Part shown: piece after piece, positions 47,536 to 57,494 of the stretch
Layout: each line of letters begins with the position of its first letter
Numbering within the stretch: the stretch's first letter is position 1
NCBI GenBank assembly: GCA_947178195.1
Contig: CAMWXM010000001.1
Coordinates: 1 to 59,838, forward strand
Direction: 5' to 3'
DNA from: an uncultured Ruminococcus sp.
GTDB taxonomy: Bacteria > Bacillota > Clostridia > Oscillospirales > Ruminococcaceae
Length of the DNA stretch: 59,838 bases
Translations under genes and position numbers: made by a program
Notes under the pieces: generated by a model
Database searches by the model: none
The model's input: only the letters and a program-made list of their open reading frames with translations
What the model was told of the DNA's origin: nothing

Positions 47536-48772
47536 CTTCCACTACTATATCGTCATACAGCGATAAATAACTGTTCCCAGCATTAATAGAAGACAGGACA
47601 AAATTATCGCCTTCGTATATAACGTCAAGTTTCTTAAAATTTATCTGTTCTCCGAGCTTTACATAAACACCCTTACAGTTTTCAGTTTTTGTGATTTCCT
47701 TTCCGGTATTCTCGTCAACGACAACCTCCTCGACGTCCTTAAACCGGATAGCTCTTCTTGAAACCTTGATGCCCTTGTGTTCTCCATCTCCCTTTATCAT
47801 TTCAACCAGTTCAGTTCTGCGCTGAACAAGCTCACGAGTAACGTCCTTACATTTCACCACAACTATTTTTTTATCTGCATCTTTTGTGTTTCTTATATCG
47901 TATATCGTGCCGTCTATAGTATCGGACGCCGACTGGAATTTAAGCTTTACGTCTTCATCTATCGCAAACTGAACATCCTTATTATCAATAACTCCCACAG
48001 CATACCATTCATATCCTGAGATGAGCTTTCCGACGATCTGCTTGTCTTCCACAACATTCTTATCCTTTACCTTTTCGATAAGCTCGGGAGTAATGGTGCT
48101 GAGTTCATCCATTGAAAGAGTGTCCTCATATCCGTCCGCATAGCTTACAAAATATGCAGACCTGTCCGATACAAGCGTATCAAGCGGTACTGTTTCAGAA
48201 GATTTAAGACTTGCTATCTGAGTTTTTATATCATTTACCCGCTTGCTAAAATTAATCGAGTCGTCGGTAACAAGCTGATAAGTACTCAACAGCACTATAA
48301 GCTCGTTGGTACTTTTCGATATATTTTCAATATACCCTTTTTCTCTGGAATTTATAATATTTATATATTTCTGGTTTATCTGTTCTGAAATATTAGCAGG
48401 CTGCGCCGATTCTATAGTACCCTGATTCTGTATCTTGTTCATCAGCTCCAGCTGTCCTTCAAGCTCCGATATCTGCTGTTTTATATTTATCTGACTTTCA
48501 TCAGCATATATTTCAGCATATGCCGAACCCTTTCCCAGCTTTCCACCATCCGGCACAGAATAACTCACAACACCTCCGCCGGTATAGCGGATAACCTCCT
48601 CGTTCCTGACATAAACAGACTTAAATGTCACCGATTCGTTCTCCTGAGCATATATAGCCGTTTCGGTAACATATTCATTACTGGCGAGATGAAAAATTAT
48701 ATTCAGAAGCGACGCCGTAACACATATCAGAAGCAGCAGGCTCAGAATTTTAGAAGTTGCACTTTTATTCAT
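47513..48772 (-). CDS. Membrane-anchored HlyD/membrane-fusion-like protein of the clostridial yggS-sepF cluster
   Basis: N-terminal TM and a coiled coil flanked by barrel-sandwich halves (G.VSY / FVSYADGYE); C-terminal GVYV and LYDDI. Typical position upstream of yggS. Confidence 0.7.
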   Translation of the reverse strand: MNKSATSKILSLLLLICVTASLLNIIFHLASNEYVTETAIYAQENESVTFKSVYVRNEEVIRYTGGGVVSYSVPDGGKLGKGSAYAEIYADESQINIKQQISELEGQLELMNKIQNQGTIESAQPANISEQINQKYINIINSREKGYIENISKSTNELIVLLSTYQLVTDDSINFSKRVNDIKTQIASLKSSETVPLDTLVSDRSAYFVSYADGYEDTLSMDELSTITPELIEKVKDKNVVEDKQIVGKLISGYEWYAVGVIDNKDVQFAIDEDVKLKFQSASDTIDGTIYDIRNTKDADKKIVVVKCKDVTRELVQRRTELVEMIKGDGEHKGIKVSRRAIRFKDVEEVVVDENTGKEITKTENCKGVYVKLGEQINFKKLDVIYEGDNFVLSSINAGNSYLSLYDDIVVEGVDTVEN

Positions 48773-49011
48773 ATTTCAGTTTTTTCAGTAGAATCCAGAA
48801 TCGGGATTGCCTTGACCGGAATAACAGTAGAAATAGCATGCTTGTAAACAAGATTTTGTTTTCCTTCACAATCCAGTATCACCACGTAGTTATCAAATCC
48901 CTTTACAATGCCCTTGAATTGAAATCCGTTTGTCAGATAAATAGTCACCGTTATCCTGTCTTTTCTTGCCTGGTTTAAAAATACATCCTGTAAATTCAAC
49001 GCTTTATTCAT
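48769..49011 (-). CDS. hfq: RNA chaperone Hfq
   Basis: [25 protein letters not shown] and [10 protein letters not shown]; downstream of miaA. Confidence 0.97.
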   Translation of the reverse strand: MNKALNLQDVFLNQARKDRITVTIYLTNGFQFKGIVKGFDNYVVILDCEGKQNLVYKHAISTVIPVKAIPILDSTEKTEI

Positions 49012-49124
49012 GTTTACACCCCTTGTCTTAATATCTGATTTCTTTTACACATAAATGTGCCAGTATTTTTTATCCTCGTATTTCTATTCAGCAGATTTCA
49101 GCCGTCTGCCTCATATAAAAATAC

Positions 49125-50081
49125 TTATTCTATATTATAGCATAAACTAAAGCGTTTGGCTATATTTTTTTTACAATAAGCAAAAATTTTCTCCTTATTG
49201 TCAAATTCATCTAACATTATCCACTGAATTTTTGCATTTTTTCTAAACCAAGTGAGTTGTCTTTTAGCATATTTCCGGGTTTCTTGTTTAATCTTTTCAA
49301 TACATGCATCAAGATTTTCCCTGTTTTCAAAGTACGGAATAAGCTCTTTAAAGCCTATCGCATTAGCCGAAGTCTTCATTTTTCCCTTTTCAAAGACTTC
49401 TTTTGCCTCCTGTACAAGTCCGTTTTTTACCATTATATCCACACGGAGATTTATTTTTTCGTAAAGCCTGCTGCGGTCGTTATAATTCAGTCCCAGCATC
49501 ATAGGTTCATATGGCGATGGCACAAGTCTGCTTTCTGCTTTAAATTCACTAAGCTTCCGCCTGGTAATCTCATACACTTCAAGAGCTCTAATAACTCTTA
49601 CCGTATTGTTAGGGTGAAGCTCCTCCGCCGTCTCAGGGTCGACATTTCTGAGACGCTCAAAAACTGCCTCCCGTCCATACTGCTCCATCTCCTGTTCGAT
49701 CCTGCGTCTTATTTCAGGATCGGATTTGATATCGGGAAACTGTATATTATCAATAAGCGATGATATGTAAAGTCCCGTACCGCCTACGATGACCGGAAGC
49801 TTTCCCCGGCTGTGGATATCCCTTATTTTCTCTCCGGCAAGCTCTACATAATCTGCAACGCTGAATGCTTTATCCCGTTCAAGAAAATCTATCAGATGAT
49901 GGGGTATTCCCTGCATTTCCTCAGCCGTCGGCTTAGCGGTAGCAATATCCATACCCTTGTATATCTGCATAGAATCGGCGGAAACGACCTCTCCGTCAAA
50001 TTCTTTGGCAATTTCAACTCCAAGCCCAGTTTTTCCCGATGCCGTAGGTCCTGCAATAACGACTGTTTTTATTTTTTCCAT
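49125..50081 (-). CDS. miaA: tRNA dimethylallyltransferase
   Basis: GPTASGKT, DSMQIY, TAKP, VGGTGLY, RALEV and YAKRQLTWF. Start at ATG 50081. Confidence 0.96.
   Translation of the reverse strand: MEKIKTVVIAGPTASGKTGLGVEIAKEFDGEVVSADSMQIYKGMDIATAKPTAEEMQGIPHHLIDFLERDKAFSVADYVELAGEKIRDIHSRGKLPVIVGGTGLYISSLIDNIQFPDIKSDPEIRRRIEQEMEQYGREAVFERLRNVDPETAEELHPNNTVRVIRALEVYEITRRKLSEFKAESRLVPSPYEPMMLGLNYNDRSRLYEKINLRVDIMVKNGLVQEAKEVFEKGKMKTSANAIGFKELIPYFENRENLDACIEKIKQETRKYAKRQLTWFRKNAKIQWIMLDEFDNKEKIFAYCKKNIAKRFSLCYNIE
49134..49162 (-). promoter_or_regulatory. Putative SigA promoter for hfq inside the 3' end of miaA
   Basis: TAGCCA-N17-TATAAT with TGn extension. Confidence 0.55.
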
Positions 50082-50082
50082 T

Positions 50083-52098
50083 TTACAGTATCCTTTTAAA
50101 CTGTTTTTCAATATCTCTTTTTGAGAGAGTGAACATAACAGGTCTGCCGTGAGGGCAATGCCTTATATTTTCATTATAAAACACCTGTTCCGCCAGTCTC
50201 TGAAGCTCCTCTGTAGCGTTTTTGTCATTTGCCTTTATAGCCGCCTTGCATGCAAGATCGTGAAGAGTATCGTCAAGCTGTCTTGTTTGTGGGTCAATTT
50301 TATTAAGATAAAGGTTTTCGGCAATTTCAGGTATGACCTCGTCCATATCCAAATGTTCGAGAATAACAGGAACGGCTGTCACCTTGACAAAGGGAGCACA
50401 GGAGACGTCTATTTTAAATCCCATATTTTCAAGATTTTCCATATTTTCTTCTATCGCACAGCATTCCTTTTCCGAAAGAAGAATCTTTATTTCAGTCAGC
50501 AGCGTCTGGCTGTCGGCAGCGGTACACTGTGTCCTGAGCTTTTCAAAAATCACACGCTCATGAGCAGCATGTTTATCTATCATTATCACATTATCGCCTG
50601 ACTGAGCCATAATATAATTTTTGAAAAGTTCTCCGACTACTTTAATTTCAGGCTTTTCTTCCGGTTTTTCGGCTTCTTCACAGTCTGCCGGCTGAGCTTT
50701 TTTAAAGGATTCCCGGCTTATATAGGAAAATCTGCTGAAGCCTTCTTCCTCTTCGATTTCTTCAACCTCTTCCGGTTCAACGATTATTTTAACGTTTTCG
50801 GCATATGCCGTTTTGCACGAGCCAAGCCTCTGGAGATTTGAATCGGTTTCGGAAATCTCATATTCTTTAACCGGAGCGTATTCTGATTTCAAAACAGGTT
50901 TGATGATATTTTCATCGACGTTATGCTGAATATCGGGTGTTATTTTAGGTTTGATCTCAATTTCTATCTCATTTTTTTTCTCATCATCAGAATTTTCCGT
51001 AATATTATCGGAAATTTTCTGCTGTTCAAACTTTTCCGGCTCAAAGGGTTTTGTCTTATAAAATTCCTCAGACCTTCTTTCCTCTTTCAGATGAAATTCA
51101 TAAATAAGACCAGATTCCATAAGCGCATTTTTTACCGCAAAATAAACACAATCAAAAACGATTTTTTCATTTGAAAATCTAACCTCCGCCTTAGCAGGGT
51201 GGACGTTTACATCTACGGTCGCAGGCGGCAACTCCAGTTTAAGAACACAAGCAGGAAATTTTCCGCCCATAACAAGGTTTTTATATGCTTCCTCCAGAGA
51301 AACACGGCATGTGACTGAGCGTACATATCTGTCGTTTATAAAAAAATTCTGAAAAGAACGGTTTGATTTTGAATAAAGAGGCTTTATTATATATCCTTTT
51401 ACAGTAATGCTGTTTTCCGAATAATTTACAGGTATCAGGTCACGGGCAAAATCCTTTCCATAAATACCATAAATCGCCGAATACAGCTTTCCATCTCCTG
51501 CGGAGATAAATTCCGTCTTGTTATCCTTTATAAGCTTGAATGAAATTTCAGGATGCGACAAAACGATTTTCTGCATTATGGAAACAATTGCATTAGCCTC
51601 TGTGGAATCCTTTTTCATGAATTTCCGTCTTACCGGAACGTTAAAGAAAATATCCCTTATCATTATCGTTGTTCCATCAGGACAGCCTGTTTTTTCACAG
51701 CATTTTTCAATGCTGCCCTCAATAATATAATTAGTACCCAGTTCATCGGCTTTCTGCTTTGTAAGAAGTTCCACCTTTGAGACTGCCGAAACGGAAGCCA
51801 GAGCCTCCCCCCTGAAGCCCAGCGTCATGATATTATCAAGATCGTCTTTAGAGGAAATTTTACTGGTAGCATGCCGCTTGAAGGCTGTGGCTACCTGGTC
51901 ATGAGCGATCCCACAGCCGTCGTCGGTGATACGCATATACGTTGTTCCACCGTTTTTTATTTCAACGGTAACATGCTTTGCTCCTGCATCAATAGAATTT
52001 TCAAGCAGTTCCTTTATTACCGAAGCCGGTCTTTCTATGACCTCTCCTGCGGCAATAAGCTCGGAAACAGCCTTGCTCAGAAGATTAATTGCTGCCAT
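50083..52098 (-). CDS. mutL: DNA mismatch repair endonuclease MutL
   Basis: IAAGEVIERP, KELLENSIDAG, HATSKI, GFRGEAL and DVNVHP; endonuclease motifs DKHAAHER, ACK and CPHGRP. Confidence 0.97.
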   Translation of the reverse strand: MAAINLLSKAVSELIAAGEVIERPASVIKELLENSIDAGAKHVTVEIKNGGTTYMRITDDGCGIAHDQVATAFKRHATSKISSKDDLDNIMTLGFRGEALASVSAVSKVELLTKQKADELGTNYIIEGSIEKCCEKTGCPDGTTIMIRDIFFNVPVRRKFMKKDSTEANAIVSIMQKIVLSHPEISFKLIKDNKTEFISAGDGKLYSAIYGIYGKDFARDLIPVNYSENSITVKGYIIKPLYSKSNRSFQNFFINDRYVRSVTCRVSLEEAYKNLVMGGKFPACVLKLELPPATVDVNVHPAKAEVRFSNEKIVFDCVYFAVKNALMESGLIYEFHLKEERRSEEFYKTKPFEPEKFEQQKISDNITENSDDEKKNEIEIEIKPKITPDIQHNVDENIIKPVLKSEYAPVKEYEISETDSNLQRLGSCKTAYAENVKIIVEPEEVEEIEEEEGFSRFSYISRESFKKAQPADCEEAEKPEEKPEIKVVGELFKNYIMAQSGDNVIMIDKHAAHERVIFEKLRTQCTAADSQTLLTEIKILLSEKECCAIEENMENLENMGFKIDVSCAPFVKVTAVPVILEHLDMDEVIPEIAENLYLNKIDPQTRQLDDTLHDLACKAAIKANDKNATEELQRLAEQVFYNENIRHCPHGRPVMFTLSKRDIEKQFKRIL

Positions 52099-52161
52099 AA
52101 ACATTCCTTTCCTTTTGCCTGTTTACATAAATCAAATCACGTATCATTTATTTAAACAGAC

Positions 52162-54765
52162 TCAATCTGCAAGCTTTACAAGTTCCTCTAAAAATTCCCT
52201 GCATTCCATATCGTTTAATTCATTCACATGTGTCTTGCGGAGTTTGTCAGCTAAAATATCACGATTTAAAATTTCAAAGCTCATCTGGTCATCGTCCTGC
52301 TGTTTTTTTATCGGTTTATTTTCGGTCTCCATATCGGCAAGAAGCTCCCTTGCTCTTTTCAGCACCTTATCGGGAAGTCCGGCAAGTTTTGCGACCTCGA
52401 TTCCATAGCTTTCGTCAACGCCGCCCTTTACGATCTTACGTAAGAATCTGATGCTGTCTCCGCTGCGCCTTACTGCAATGCTGTAATTTTTTACCCCGTC
52501 CATGGTGTTTTCAAGCTCAATAAGCTCATGGTAGTGAGTAGCAAAAAGCGTCTTACAGCCAAGCTTTTTTGAATTGCAGATATGTTCAGCCACAGCCCTT
52601 GCGATGCTTATACCGTCAAATGTGGACGTACCTCTTCCCACCTCGTCTAAAATAACAAGACTGTTTTTAGTGGCAAATTTAAGTATATCCGCAACCTCGC
52701 TCATTTCAACCATAAAGGTACTCTGTCCTGCGGTAAGGTCGTCCGAAGCGCCCACTCTTGTGAAAATCCTGTCCACTACCGATATTTTCGCATAAGAAGC
52801 CGGAACAAAACAGCCTATCTGTGCCATAAGGGTTATAAGAGCTGTCTGACGCATATACGTTGATTTACCCGACATATTCGGCCCTGTTATGATAGACATT
52901 CTGCAGGAATTGTTATCAAGATAAACGTCATTGGGAACAAATACCTCATCGGTCAGCATAAGCTCCACCACCGGGTGACGTCCGTCACGGATATCAATAA
53001 CTCCGTCTATAGCTATTTCAGGCCGTACATAATTATTTTTCATTGACACATTTGCAAAGGAAGCCAAGACGTCCGTCGCAGCAACAGCGGCAGCAGTACG
53101 TTGTACGCTTTGAAGCTTGGAGCATAAAAAGTCACGTATCTCAGTAAAAATATCAGCTTCAAGCCGCAGTGACTTATCCTTTGCGCCGAGAATATTGTTT
53201 TCAGCATTTTTAAGCTCTTCTGTAATAAATCTCTCGCAATTGGCAAGAGTCTGTTTTCTTATGTAATTTTCCGGAATAAGGTCGTAATAGGAACGAGTCA
53301 CCTCGATATAATAGCCGAATATTCTGTTAAAGCCTATTTTCAGATTTTTGATACCTGTTTTTTCACGTTCCTTCTGGGCAATATCCTCGATAATGCTTTT
53401 GCCGTCGTTCATAATATGTCGAAGCTCGTCCAACTCCTTGTTAAAGCCGTCTTTTATAACGCCGCCGTCCTTTACCGTTACAGGCGGCTCGTCCTCTATG
53501 GCATTTTCAACAAGGTCAGATATATCCTCAAGAGTCGATATGCTGTTTTCAAGAGAATCTATAAGCTTTGAACCTGAAAGCTTTTTAAGCTGCGCTTTAA
53601 GCTCTGGTAGCTGCAAAGATGTGACCGACAACGATTTCAGATCTCTCGGAGTTGCAGTTTTATACATGACCCTTGTCATAAGGCGTTCAAGGTCATATAT
53701 ATTTTCCAGAATACTGCATACGTCCATAAGCACTATAGGATTTTTCACAAATTGTTCTACCGCTTCCAGTCTGTCGATAATTCTTGCGGGACTTGTAAGC
53801 GGCTGTTCTATATAGGTTTTCAAAAGACGTTTTCCCATAGACGTTTTTGTAGAATCCAACACCCATAAAAGCGAACCTTTTTTCTCTTTGTTGCGCATAG
53901 TTTCGGTAAGCTCAAGATTTCTCCTTGCTGTAAGGTCAAGAGCCATTACCGAAGTCGAATCCTGTCTCTCAATAGAAGTAAATCTTCCCGTAAGAGTTTT
54001 CTGTGTATCGGCAATATATATAAAAAGTCCACATACGGCGTTTACATCAGTTCCCTGCTCCGCCAGTCCCAGCATATCGAAAGAAGAAGCTGAAAACTGG
54101 CTCAGAACAGCCTCCCTGCCATTTTCAACAGTAAATTTTTCCGATTCGTTCAGCGTTACAAGACAGCCCAGTTTTATTTTAATAAAATCAAGAACTGTTT
54201 TAAGCAGCAGAAAATCAGGGTTAAAAATAATTTCCGCCGGATTATATCTTGACAATATATCTATGATTTTCGCTTCCGGTCTTTTTTCGGTGACCTGCAT
54301 AAGATGCGCTTCTCCGGTTGAAATATCCGCAAAGCAAAGACCGCAGCTTTCACCGTCATAATAAGCGCAGCAGATATAATTATTGCTTTCCTCATTGAGC
54401 ATACTGCTTTCAATAAGAGTACCGGGAGTTACTATCCTTATAACGTCCCTCTTGACTATGCCCCTGCTGTCGGAAGGATCGGTAAGCTGTTCACATATAG
54501 CCACCTTATAGCCAATATCTATAAGCTTTTTAATATATATGTCGCTGCTGTGGTGTGGAACGCCGCACATAGGCGCTTTTTCAGTCAATCCGCAGTCTTT
54601 TCCGGTCAGAGTAAGCTCCAAAGCCTTTGACACCACAAGAGCATCGTCAAAAAACATTTCATAAAAATCGCCCACACGAAAAAACAGTATTGTGTCCGGA
54701 TATGTTTCCTTGACTTCAAGATACTGCACCATCATCGGTGAGATTCTGGCTTTATCCACTTCCAT
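52162..54765 (-). CDS. mutS: DNA mismatch repair protein MutS (MutS1)
   Basis: GDFYEMF, PMCGVP, TGPNMSGKSTY, STFMVEM, DEVGRGT, FATHYHEL and SYGIEVA. Confidence 0.97.
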   Translation of the reverse strand: MEVDKARISPMMVQYLEVKETYPDTILFFRVGDFYEMFFDDALVVSKALELTLTGKDCGLTEKAPMCGVPHHSSDIYIKKLIDIGYKVAICEQLTDPSDSRGIVKRDVIRIVTPGTLIESSMLNEESNNYICCAYYDGESCGLCFADISTGEAHLMQVTEKRPEAKIIDILSRYNPAEIIFNPDFLLLKTVLDFIKIKLGCLVTLNESEKFTVENGREAVLSQFSASSFDMLGLAEQGTDVNAVCGLFIYIADTQKTLTGRFTSIERQDSTSVMALDLTARRNLELTETMRNKEKKGSLLWVLDSTKTSMGKRLLKTYIEQPLTSPARIIDRLEAVEQFVKNPIVLMDVCSILENIYDLERLMTRVMYKTATPRDLKSLSVTSLQLPELKAQLKKLSGSKLIDSLENSISTLEDISDLVENAIEDEPPVTVKDGGVIKDGFNKELDELRHIMNDGKSIIEDIAQKEREKTGIKNLKIGFNRIFGYYIEVTRSYYDLIPENYIRKQTLANCERFITEELKNAENNILGAKDKSLRLEADIFTEIRDFLCSKLQSVQRTAAAVAATDVLASFANVSMKNNYVRPEIAIDGVIDIRDGRHPVVELMLTDEVFVPNDVYLDNNSCRMSIITGPNMSGKSTYMRQTALITLMAQIGCFVPASYAKISVVDRIFTRVGASDDLTAGQSTFMVEMSEVADILKFATKNSLVILDEVGRGTSTFDGISIARAVAEHICNSKKLGCKTLFATHYHELIELENTMDGVKNYSIAVRRSGDSIRFLRKIVKGGVDESYGIEVAKLAGLPDKVLKRARELLADMETENKPIKKQQDDDQMSFEILNRDILADKLRKTHVNELNDMECREFLEELVKLAD

Positions 54766-54768
54766 TGT

Positions 54769-55176
54769 TTAATGACAACCTCCGCATGTCGAGCAGCTTC
54801 CCGAGCATCCGCTTGGCTGTGACGGACAAGTTTCAGGGTCTTCCCCATTAGCGGAAGCCGTAATGATATTATTGATTTCCGCAAGCATTCCATCCATAGC
54901 ATTTTTTGCGGCATTAAAAGCCACCATATTAGGATTTACCATAATTTCCCCATAAATATTTTTAATAACCCCATCTAACTCCTTGAGCTTATCGGCGTCC
55001 TTATCGGTTTTTGACATTTCCATATTAAGCTCATATCTCTTGGAAGAAAAGTCATTGATAAGCTTCTGGAGCTCATCGTCCTTATCATTTTTTTCCTTAG
55101 CGTCAATATAAGCCTTATATCTTTCGTCAGCCTGAATAAGCTTGCCCAGTTCTCTTGTCATTTCAATTATATCCAT
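54769..55176 (-). CDS. YlbF/YmcA (RicA/RicF) family protein with a Cys-rich C-terminus
   Basis: Helical Com_YlbF-like body; sits between miaB and mutS, as ymcA does in Bacillus; tail TCPSQPSGCSGSCSTCGGCH. Confidence 0.82.
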   Translation of the reverse strand: MDIIEMTRELGKLIQADERYKAYIDAKEKNDKDDELQKLINDFSSKRYELNMEMSKTDKDADKLKELDGVIKNIYGEIMVNPNMVAFNAAKNAMDGMLAEINNIITASANGEDPETCPSQPSGCSGSCSTCGGCH

Positions 55177-55179
55177 TTT

Positions 55180-56580
55180 TCATATCTCCTTTTTTATTTT
55201 TCCCACAACAGCCCAGTTTTTTGCTTCTGTTATTTCCACATTAACAAAGCTGCCCGTCAGGGATTCGCTTCCTTCAAATTCAACTATAACAAATTCGCTG
55301 CTTTTGCCGGTCATAAAACCGTCCTTTTTGCTTTTTCCGTCAACTAAAACTCTCATAGTCCTGCCAATAAACCGCTTGTAATTTTCAGTGGATATTTCAC
55401 GCTGCAAGCTTAAAAGCTCGGTCATTCTGCGGCTTTTTTCATCATCTGATATACAGTCAGTCATTTCTGCTGCCTTCGTTCCCGAACGCTTTGAATAAAT
55501 AAACGAATATATGTTATCATATTTTACTTGTTTCATAAGCTTCAGGGTAAGCTCAAAATCCTCACGACTTTCATTTGGAAAGCCAACAATAATATCGGTA
55601 GTAAAGGAAAAATCAGGAATAAAACTTCTTGCATAATCTATAGTCTCCAGATATTTTTTAATAGTATATCTGCGGTTCATTTTACAAAGTATCTCATCGC
55701 TTCCGCTCTGAACTGGAAGATGAAGATGTTTTCCTATTTTTTCACATTTTATAATAGTATCTATAAGCTTTCTTCCGGCGTCCTTAGGATGAGAGGACAT
55801 GAAACGTATAACAAAATCCCCGTCTATTGCATTTATTCTTTCAAGCAGTTCGGGAAAATCAATATTTTCCTCTAAATCGCTGCCGTAGGAATTAACATTC
55901 TGCCCTAAAAGCATTATTTCCTTATATCCGTCAGATACAAGTTTTTTTACCTCATTTACAATATTTTCCGGTTTTCTGCTTCTTTCCCTGCCTCTGACAT
56001 AGGGCACAATACAGTATGTACAGAAGTTATTGCAGCCGAACATAACAGGTACTGACGCCTTGAAGCTGCTGTCTCGTTTCTGTTCCAGCTCCCATACGGG
56101 AATTTTCTCGCCGTTTTTGTACTGGTCCGGACATAATATACGTTTTTTTCCCGAAAGCTTTTCCAGCACTATAGCCGGGAGCTTATCCAGCGCCGACGGA
56201 GCAAAAACAATATCCACAAATTTATAAGAGCTGTTTATCCTATCGGTCACATGCTCAAGGGACGCCATACAGCCGCAGATACCGATAATCATATGAGGTT
56301 TTTCTTCCTTACAGCGTTTCAGTATTCCAAGATTTCCGAAAACCCTGTCCTCCGCATTTTCTCTTACAGCGCAGGTATTGAAGATAACCATATCCGCCTT
56401 TTCGTAATTTTCGGTAAGGGTAAATCCCATTTTCAGAAGCATATCTTTTATTTTTTCGCCGTCGGAAACATTCAGCTGACAGCCATAGCTGTGTACGCAG
56501 GCTGACGGAGGCGTATTATGTTTGGAGAGAATTTCCCATACGGCCGAAATATTTTCATTGATAGTTTTTTCCGGTTTCAA
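55180..56580 (-). CDS. miaB: tRNA-2-methylthio-N6-dimethylallyladenosine synthase (radical SAM)
   Basis: YGCQLN, NTCAVRENAE, GCNNFCTYCIVPYVRG, LLGQNVNSYG, HLPVQSGS, DIIVGFP and a C-terminal TRAM domain. Likely TTG start at 56580 (GGAG RBS); the ORF track extends to 56628. Confidence 0.94.
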   Translation of the reverse strand: MKPEKTINENISAVWEILSKHNTPPSACVHSYGCQLNVSDGEKIKDMLLKMGFTLTENYEKADMVIFNTCAVRENAEDRVFGNLGILKRCKEEKPHMIIGICGCMASLEHVTDRINSSYKFVDIVFAPSALDKLPAIVLEKLSGKKRILCPDQYKNGEKIPVWELEQKRDSSFKASVPVMFGCNNFCTYCIVPYVRGRERSRKPENIVNEVKKLVSDGYKEIMLLGQNVNSYGSDLEENIDFPELLERINAIDGDFVIRFMSSHPKDAGRKLIDTIIKCEKIGKHLHLPVQSGSDEILCKMNRRYTIKKYLETIDYARSFIPDFSFTTDIIVGFPNESREDFELTLKLMKQVKYDNIYSFIYSKRSGTKAAEMTDCISDDEKSRRMTELLSLQREISTENYKRFIGRTMRVLVDGKSKKDGFMTGKSSEFVIVEFEGSESLTGSFVNVEITEAKNWAVVGKIKKEI

Positions 56581-56624
56581 TTCTGTTCTCCGTTCAGATC
56601 GTTGACTTTTTGCGGCAGTATTTA

Positions 56625-57308
56625 TCAAAGTTTTTCTATAGTATCCAGAACTATTTCCGCTACCGTTTTAGCAGCGATTTTTTCAAATTCATCAAAAGAC
56701 ATTTCGCCCTCGTCGTCTGCATTGTCAGAAATGCATCTTACGCTTACAAAAGGAATATTGTTCCTGTATGCACATTGACCTACAGCAGCCGTTTCCATAT
56801 CTACGGCAAGAGGAGTAAGTCTGGTGCAGATATCCTCTTTCAGCTTATTGTCTGATACAAACGCTTCACCGGAAACTATCCTTCCCACATGATTAGGTAT
56901 CTTTTTTTCATTGCATACCTCACCGACTGCTTTTATAAGATTAACATCTGCCTCAAACATTGAATGATAAGGAGGATAATTTTCAAGCAAACGCAGTTCA
57001 AGGTCATGTGAGCAGACAGCGTCCGAGATAACAATATCGCAAACCTTTACTTTGTTATTCATTCCTCCTGCAACGCCTGTATTAATAATAGCGTCAACAT
57101 CAAATTTATCTATCATGACCTGTGTGCATAAAGCGGCATTTACCTTTGCAATACCGCAGCAGGCATTTATGATAAGCTTATCTTTATATGTACAGATATA
57201 AAAATCATATCCCGCATAAGTCTTTACCACAGCGTCATTTAAAACGTTCCTGATATCGGCAAGCTCTGAGGGCATTGCACCGATTATTCCTATAGTTTTC
57301 ATTTCCAT
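56625..57308 (-). CDS. mtnN: 5'-methylthioadenosine/S-adenosylhomocysteine nucleosidase
   Basis: IGIIGAMPSE, GIAKVNAA, INTGVAG, SGEAFV, VDMETAA and RCISDNAD. Start is 57308 or 57302. Confidence 0.92.
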   Translation of the reverse strand: MEMKTIGIIGAMPSELADIRNVLNDAVVKTYAGYDFYICTYKDKLIINACCGIAKVNAALCTQVMIDKFDVDAIINTGVAGGMNNKVKVCDIVISDAVCSHDLELRLLENYPPYHSMFEADVNLIKAVGEVCNEKKIPNHVGRIVSGEAFVSDNKLKEDICTRLTPLAVDMETAAVGQCAYRNNIPFVSVRCISDNADDEGEMSFDEFEKIAAKTVAEIVLDTIEKL

Positions 57309-57349
57309 TTCCAATTTCCTTTCATCACAAAAAAATATGTTCATAAATT

Positions 57350-57378
57350 ATTATATCAGATTTCTTTAAATCTTGCAA
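57350..57378 (-). promoter_or_regulatory. SigA-type promoter for the mtnN-miaB-mutSL operon
   Basis: TTGCAA-N17-TATAAT with TGn extension. Confidence 0.72.
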
Positions 57379-57411
57379 CCTTTTAGAAAGATTTTTTCAG
57401 ATGTTATCCGA

Positions 57412-57459
57412 CAAAATCTGCGCCGCACAAGAACCGAATAAAGTCCTTGTGCGGCGCAG
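57412..57459 (-). terminator. GC-rich hairpin, probable terminator of the ECF operon
   Basis: 14-bp perfect stem CTGCGCCGCACAAG / CTTGTGCGGCGCAG, followed by ATTTTGT on the minus strand. Confidence 0.75.
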
Positions 57460-57494
57460 CCTGTATTTTTGTTCTGCACTTGTTTATCTGTTTA

